Positions 58,679-64,000 of a stretch of DNA of 64,000 nt are shown here, piece by piece. Each line of letters begins with the position of its first letter. Position 1 is the stretch's first letter. Source of the DNA: a bacterium (GTDB lineage: Bacteria; Babelota; Babeliae; Babelales; JABJEI01); the NCBI GenBank assembly GCA_018663245.1, contig JABJEI010000012.1, forward strand, positions 9,122 through 73,121. Direction: 5' to 3'. The notes below the pieces were generated by a model that worked only from the letters and a program-made list of their open reading frames with translations, was not told the DNA's origin and did not search any database. The translations under genes and the position numbers were made by a program.

Positions 58679-59332
58679 ATGATCAAAATTTACCCCTCAC
58701 TTATCGACGCAGATCTTTTGAATCTGGCAGACCAGATAGACCTCTTAGAGCCGCATAGCGACGGATTCCATCTTGATGTTATGGATTTCCACTTTGTCCC
58801 TAATCTTACCTGGGGACCATCCATGATCAATGCAATTGCGCGCCATGCCACCAAACAGCTTTGTGTTCACCTGATGGTTAACAACCCAGAGATTTACCCT
58901 GAACGCCTAAACTTGCGAAATGGGGACATTGTCTCATTCCACTACGCAAGTACCAACTTCCACAAGCAAATAATTAACGACATAATTGAGCGCAATTGGA
59001 TTCCAAGCATTGCTCTGGGGCCATCAACGCCGGTCGATGCTATCAAAAGAATGATACCGCTAGTCCCACACATAACCGTTATGACGGTAGAGCAAGGGTT
59101 CTCTGGACAGCAGTTTTTACCAGAGGCTCTAAACAAAGTAAATAAAATAAAAGAAGTTGCTGCATCGTACGGTCACAGCCTTGTTGTATCAGTCGATGGA
59201 GGCGTTAACGCCTCAAACATACAGTCGGTTAACCAAAGCGGCGTTGATCAAGTAGCAGTTGCAAGCGCTATCTTCAAGACTGATAACCCCGTACTTGCCA
59301 TAAAAGAACTTCGTAAACTTGCAGGAACCTAA
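58679..59332 (+). CDS. rpe: Ribulose-phosphate 3-epimerase
   Basis: HLDVMD.HFVPNLT, VHLMV, MTV..GFSGQ, VDGGV. Confidence 0.95.
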   Translation: MIKIYPSLIDADLLNLADQIDLLEPHSDGFHLDVMDFHFVPNLTWGPSMINAIARHATKQLCVHLMVNNPEIYPERLNLRNGDIVSFHYASTNFHKQIINDIIERNWIPSIALGPSTPVDAIKRMIPLVPHITVMTVEQGFSGQQFLPEALNKVNKIKEVAASYGHSLVVSVDGGVNASNIQSVNQSGVDQVAVASAIFKTDNPVLAIKELRKLAGT

Positions 59333-59335
59333 AAA

Positions 59336-59412
59336 TGGTACGCCCGGCAGGATTTGAACCTGCGACCTACAGATTAGAAGTCTGTTGCTCTATCCAACTG
59401 AGCTACGGGCGC
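59336..59412 (-). tRNA. tRNA-Arg(TCT)
   Basis: rc: GCGCCCGTAGCTCAGTTGGATAGAGC..ACAGA-CT TCT AA-TCTGT..GGTTCAAATCC..ACCA. Confidence 0.96.
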
Positions 59413-59566
59413 GCAATTTTGTAACCACCATTGCTTTTTTAGCTTATCACAAGGGCTAGCCTCAGACAATGAACCAAAGCTAACTAATATTTGCAAAAAC
59501 AGCTGACAAAGGATAGCCTTGAGCAAATATAAAGCAAAAAGCTGATGCTATGCAAAGGGCTTATAA

Positions 59567-60058
59567 ATGAACAAAAAAAAGCTTTTTGATCTGCTTGATT
59601 CACTAAAAATTGAGCACTCAACAATCGAACATGAGCCAGTATTTACCGTTGAGCAATCTAATGGCATTGAACTGAAAATACCTGGCGGACACACAAAAAA
59701 TCTCTTTTTAAAAGATGACAAAAAACAGTTTTGGCTACTTTCAACACTGCAAGATACAAAAATTAACCTCAAACGACTTTCCAAGCAGCTTAATGCTAAA
59801 AATCTACGTTTTGCTCAGCCCGACCTACTGCGTCAGCACCTAGGCATTGAGCCCGGTTCGGTAACCTGGTTTGCATTAATCAACAACACAGACAAAACAG
59901 TCGAGGGAGTGCTTGACAAGCGCCTATTCGAGCATGATGTTGTCGGGTTCCATCCATTACAAAACAACGCAACTACACTTGTAGAACCTAGCGCCCTGCT
60001 CACTTTTGCAAATTCTGTAGGCACAAAACACCGTATTTTTGACTTCACAGCCGAATAA
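59567..60058 (+). CDS. YbaK/ProX (PrdX-like) aminoacyl-tRNA editing protein
   Basis: EHEPVFTVE, TKNLFLKD, LGIEPGSVT, FHPLQN. Confidence 0.9.
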   Translation: MNKKKLFDLLDSLKIEHSTIEHEPVFTVEQSNGIELKIPGGHTKNLFLKDDKKQFWLLSTLQDTKINLKRLSKQLNAKNLRFAQPDLLRQHLGIEPGSVTWFALINNTDKTVEGVLDKRLFEHDVVGFHPLQNNATTLVEPSALLTFANSVGTKHRIFDFTAE

Positions 60059-60233
60059 CAAATCCACAGTCGCCCTTCATTTGCAATAATCCGTACAAAA
60101 AAACTTTCTGTATTTACGTCGCAGCCATTAAGCGAAGTAGAATCCTAAAATAAACTCTTGTTTTTTGTATCAAATATTTACTAATATAAATAATAAGATA
60201 CAAAGGTAAAAATTATATTGCACAGGAAGAAGT

Positions 60234-63182
60234 ATGCGATTAACCTATTTTTTGGCATTTATTGCCACCTTTATACCCATGCTTTGCCTGGCAACTCTGG
60301 GCGACGGATCAAGCAACTCCGATCCATTGTCTCCTAATGAAGACAAATCAGCGTTTACAAAAGTAAAACATGACAACAGTTCAAAGATTGAATCTTGTAT
60401 CTACAATGACTCGCCGCTCACTCAGCCGAGAAATTCGGATAACGACGAGATCATGCTATTTGCCTCCGATGATGAAGACAGCATAAACAATGATTATGAC
60501 ACCGACTCTGACGTATACACTCCCTTTTCAAAAGAAGAAAGCCAAGAGTTGCAACAGCTAAACAAGGATTCCAATCAAACAAATGATTTGGTAAAAAAAG
60601 CTAACGCAGATCTTGCACTAGGCAACAAGTACATGGCATCAAACAAAGGTAAACTTGCATATGCTCACCTCACAGTCGCAGCCGAACAAAATGCAGACAA
60701 AAATGCATCGATAAATGCTCACTTTTCTTTGGGGGAGTTACATCAATCAGACATACAATTTTATGGAGCCGACCTCAATAAAGCAATTGAACACTTTAAA
60801 AAAGCGTATAACAAAAGCTTAAACCCAAAACTTTGCGCCTATATAGACTGCAGCTTAGGCGCAATATACGAAGAATTTTTAGACCTTGATCAAGCAATTA
60901 AGCACTACGACTTATCGGCTAGGCAAAACGTTGATGTCGACATACAAGCTATAGCCACTCTTAGGCTTGGATACCTATACCAAAGGGCAATTATAGATGG
61001 TAAACCCGCATACGAACAGGCATTACAATGCTTTAAAAGGGCATTCGAACAAAATGACAGTAAAACAGTCCAAATTGAAGCCTGCTTTGAACTAGCCCAG
61101 ATGTATGACCTTGGTCATGGAACAGAGCAAAATGCTAAAAAAGCACACTATTATTACGGTATCTTTGTACAACATGGCGAAGATAAAGAAAAAAAAATAC
61201 TAGCACAAGCACGAATGGATTTTCTGCTTGGAAACAATTTCTACAGATCAAGAAAACCTTGCTTTAGCAAGGCTAGATTGCACTATCAAAAGGCATTTGA
61301 TCTTAGCCCAGAAATTATGGTCAAAGTAAAGGCTAGTTTGATGATGGCCGAAATGCAATTTACGGCCTACAACAGACTAAAACAACTAGCACTCAATAGG
61401 CCTGAAATGTATCCCAAAGAGTTCATTAATACCTACACAAACTATCATCAAGCCGGCGCACCAATCGACCAACTATCTAACAAGCCAGATATCACTAAAG
61501 CACACAGAAGCTGTGTCCTTGAATTTATAATACCAAAGACAATAAATAACTCCCGATCAGACTTCCCATACATTAATCGCATGTACGATAATTATCTTAA
61601 GGCAGCCTACAATAGCACTGATCAAAACTTATACTATCAAACGCTATTAAAAGTTGGCCAACTATACAAGCAAGGCATCGGACTAAAAAACAGCTTCGAC
61701 AGCCGTGCCATTAATCCCTTAGAAGAAGTTGCAAAGCAAACCTTTAACCAAGAAATTCAAACTCTAGCTCAAAAAACATTGGGTGACTTATACAATTTCA
61801 ATCCTGACACAATTAAGCGAGATTATAAAAAAACACTGAAGTACTACAATAAGGCCATAGCAAACAGCCCAACACCAATAATCAAAGCCAAATTGCTTGC
61901 ACGGCTGGGCGAGTTTTTTATATGCAAAGAACCTAGAAAATCAGTTGGTGTCCCTGATGACGACTACAAAAAAGCCATAGATTACAACACTAAGGCGGCT
62001 CAACAGACGGATGACATACCATCACAAGCCTCTGGAATGCTATACCTGGGTCTTATAAACAAAAACGGATGGGGGCTAAAAAAACCCAATATCAACCAAG
62101 CTTTAACATGGTTTAAAGGTACAATAAAGCTAGGTAATTCAAAGTTTCTAGACGAAGCTCTCTTTGAAAGTGCCGTTCTATATCAGAATAAAAAAGAGTA
62201 CAAAAAGGCTATAAATCATTATCAAACAATAATAAATAGAACGCATTTGAATGATTACAAGATTACTGCACAGTTCAATTTGGGTCTCATGTATTCTCTT
62301 GGAGAAGGCCTGGAAGAACCTGATTTAGAACAGGCAATATTCTATTTTACACGAGCTTGCCAACAAAATTATTTACCAAACATACGGCATAGCTCTTACG
62401 TAAAGCTAATTGAAATTCACCTACAAAGGGAAAATTTCTCCTTAGCAATTTCAAATTTAGCACTAGCACTTATTTCCAGCTCTGCCTATAAACAACATGA
62501 ACTACGCCCACTTCTAAAAGCAGTACCACTCCAGTATTGGAACATAGCCCTACAGCCCGACGCCCGAGACGCCGTAACCAAAGCTATTAACAGCGATGAA
62601 ATAATCAAAAGTTTTTATAAAGACAATGAAACGGCAACCCTTGAGCGCGCATTACAAAACCTTGACGGGTTGGCAAACATGGCCCATGGAAAGCCTCTTT
62701 CGGTCTCCTCAGGAGGCTCAAAAGCACTAATACATTCAAGAGCAATGGTCGATTCAAAAACAAAACATGAGCTGATAAGTATATTAAAATTAGATTTAGA
62801 TAAAGTTCCGGACAAACTTGATATATTTCTAAAAAACAACAAATCATACATCGGCCAAAAGGCTATAGAAGGGCTCAAACGCGTGGTAACAGCACTGATC
62901 GAGCGACGGAAAAAATTAAACTTTTTCCTCAGTAACCAGATAACCAAAAATAACGTTTTTAAGGCCATGCAGCGATTTATACAACTTAAAATAAACAATA
63001 ACAAACAACAATATGACAGCCTTGGCACCTTCATCTGGGAAGATTTTGCATTAGAACACAGAGTTATGAAATTAATGATTGAACAAAGCGAATTCAATAG
63101 GTGGAGAATAAGTAGACTACAAAGTCAATCTCAAGCCTATGCATCCTCATCCAACTCAAAAATAAAGAAACAGTATGATTAA
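60234..63182 (+). CDS. Large secreted Sel1-like/TPR repeat protein
   Basis: AQFNLGLMYSLGEG..DLEQAIFYF and related repeats; acidic linker after the signal. Confidence 0.85.
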   Translation: MRLTYFLAFIATFIPMLCLATLGDGSSNSDPLSPNEDKSAFTKVKHDNSSKIESCIYNDSPLTQPRNSDNDEIMLFASDDEDSINNDYDTDSDVYTPFSKEESQELQQLNKDSNQTNDLVKKANADLALGNKYMASNKGKLAYAHLTVAAEQNADKNASINAHFSLGELHQSDIQFYGADLNKAIEHFKKAYNKSLNPKLCAYIDCSLGAIYEEFLDLDQAIKHYDLSARQNVDVDIQAIATLRLGYLYQRAIIDGKPAYEQALQCFKRAFEQNDSKTVQIEACFELAQMYDLGHGTEQNAKKAHYYYGIFVQHGEDKEKKILAQARMDFLLGNNFYRSRKPCFSKARLHYQKAFDLSPEIMVKVKASLMMAEMQFTAYNRLKQLALNRPEMYPKEFINTYTNYHQAGAPIDQLSNKPDITKAHRSCVLEFIIPKTINNSRSDFPYINRMYDNYLKAAYNSTDQNLYYQTLLKVGQLYKQGIGLKNSFDSRAINPLEEVAKQTFNQEIQTLAQKTLGDLYNFNPDTIKRDYKKTLKYYNKAIANSPTPIIKAKLLARLGEFFICKEPRKSVGVPDDDYKKAIDYNTKAAQQTDDIPSQASGMLYLGLINKNGWGLKKPNINQALTWFKGTIKLGNSKFLDEALFESAVLYQNKKEYKKAINHYQTIINRTHLNDYKITAQFNLGLMYSLGEGLEEPDLEQAIFYFTRACQQNYLPNIRHSSYVKLIEIHLQRENFSLAISNLALALISSSAYKQHELRPLLKAVPLQYWNIALQPDARDAVTKAINSDEIIKSFYKDNETATLERALQNLDGLANMAHGKPLSVSSGGSKALIHSRAMVDSKTKHELISILKLDLDKVPDKLDIFLKNNKSYIGQKAIEGLKRVVTALIERRKKLNFFLSNQITKNNVFKAMQRFIQLKINNNKQQYDSLGTFIWEDFALEHRVMKLMIEQSEFNRWRISRLQSQSQAYASSSNSKIKKQYD

Positions 63183-64000
63183 GCGTTTACTTTTAACCAC
63201 CTTAGCCGCTCTAGGACTTATCACAGGAGGTAATGCTATGGAGCGCAAAGCTCAAGTCTCAAACCCTACGAACATCCCTACCAAAGACAGGCCCGAAGGT
63301 GATCTTGCATTCCGAATGGTATCAAGCAGCCTTCAAAATAGCAGTGTACCAAAAGCCTTTATCCGTGAAGCCTTTACCCATGATGGGATTAAAAAACATT
63401 CGGAAATTTCTGAACGATTCGATCGCCCCTATGAAAAAAAATCTTGGGAAGATTATCGTAAAATATTTGTAAAAGAATCTCATATAAAATCTGGAATCGA
63501 GTTTCACAAAGAGAACAAAGAACTCATTAACAATGTAGCCGAAGAATACAGAGTTGACCCATTTATTGTCATTACCATTGCTGGAATTGAAAGTAATTAC
63601 GGCGTTCACCATTCTCAATTTTCGGTATTTAACTCCTTATACACTCAGATACACGAAATGCCGAAACGGTCGAAATGGGCAGCTAATGAACTTGCTGAAT
63701 TTTTAAAATATTGCTTTATCAATCAACAGGATCCCCATAGAATTGGAGGATCTTATGCAGGAGCCTTTGGATTTGGACAATTCATCCCATCCAGCTTCAA
63801 TCGTTATTCAGTCGACTTTAATGAAGATGGCATCAAAGAGCCTTACGGTTGGCCCGATGTTTTGGGCAGCATTGCAAATTATTTAATAAAAAATGGATAC
63901 AATGCAAACAGTAGAAATTATGAACGGGATGGTGACATTTGGAAATCCATTTATGCTTACAACCACGCCGACAATTATGTAATGGCCGTGTTAGAGCTGA
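63175..64000 (+). CDS. mltB: Lytic murein transglycosylase B family (3' end beyond window; absent from the ORF track)
   Basis: My translation from ATG 63175: MIKRLLLTT..IAGIESNYG..GSYAGAFGFGQFIPSSF..SIANYL..YAYNHADNY, open to the window end. Confidence 0.9.
   Translation, partial: MIKRLLLTTLAALGLITGGNAMERKAQVSNPTNIPTKDRPEGDLAFRMVSSSLQNSSVPKAFIREAFTHDGIKKHSEISERFDRPYEKKSWEDYRKIFVKESHIKSGIEFHKENKELINNVAEEYRVDPFIVITIAGIESNYGVHHSQFSVFNSLYTQIHEMPKRSKWAANELAEFLKYCFINQQDPHRIGGSYAGAFGFGQFIPSSFNRYSVDFNEDGIKEPYGWPDVLGSIANYLIKNGYNANSRNYERDGDIWKSIYAYNHADNYVMAVLEL

Overview
AT-rich bacterial chromosomal segment. The gene content suggests an intracellular parasite of protists, probably Candidatus Dependentiae/Babelota (TM6); this is inferred from gene content, not from a database search. 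Scattered housekeeping genes (HerA-like ATPase, pilC, mnmE, jag, pyrG, ruvA, a tandem double ddl, transaldolase, trxA, cysS, bamA, ftsL-ftsI, groES-groEL, rpe, a ProX-like protein, mltB, 5 tRNAs) are interleaved with many Sec-signal-bearing candidate effectors. These include ankyrin proteins sharing a C-terminal domain, a paralog pair with 31-aa repeats, an EndoU nuclease, a Josephin-like Cys protease, a Sel1/TPR protein, Cys-rich peptides and disordered Ser/Arg/Lys-rich proteins. The most unusual signal is non-coding: a modular, nested family of intergenic palindromic elements at about 8 loci. It comprises REPIN-like doublets, a covarying multi-hairpin module and 31-36-nt cGNAg hairpin units sitting at TTG^TC sites, with both empty and filled sites visible and no transposase in the window. 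Duplicated 'promoter + signal peptide' cassettes also front unrelated effector cargo. No CRISPR array, rRNA, integrase or IS transposase was seen.
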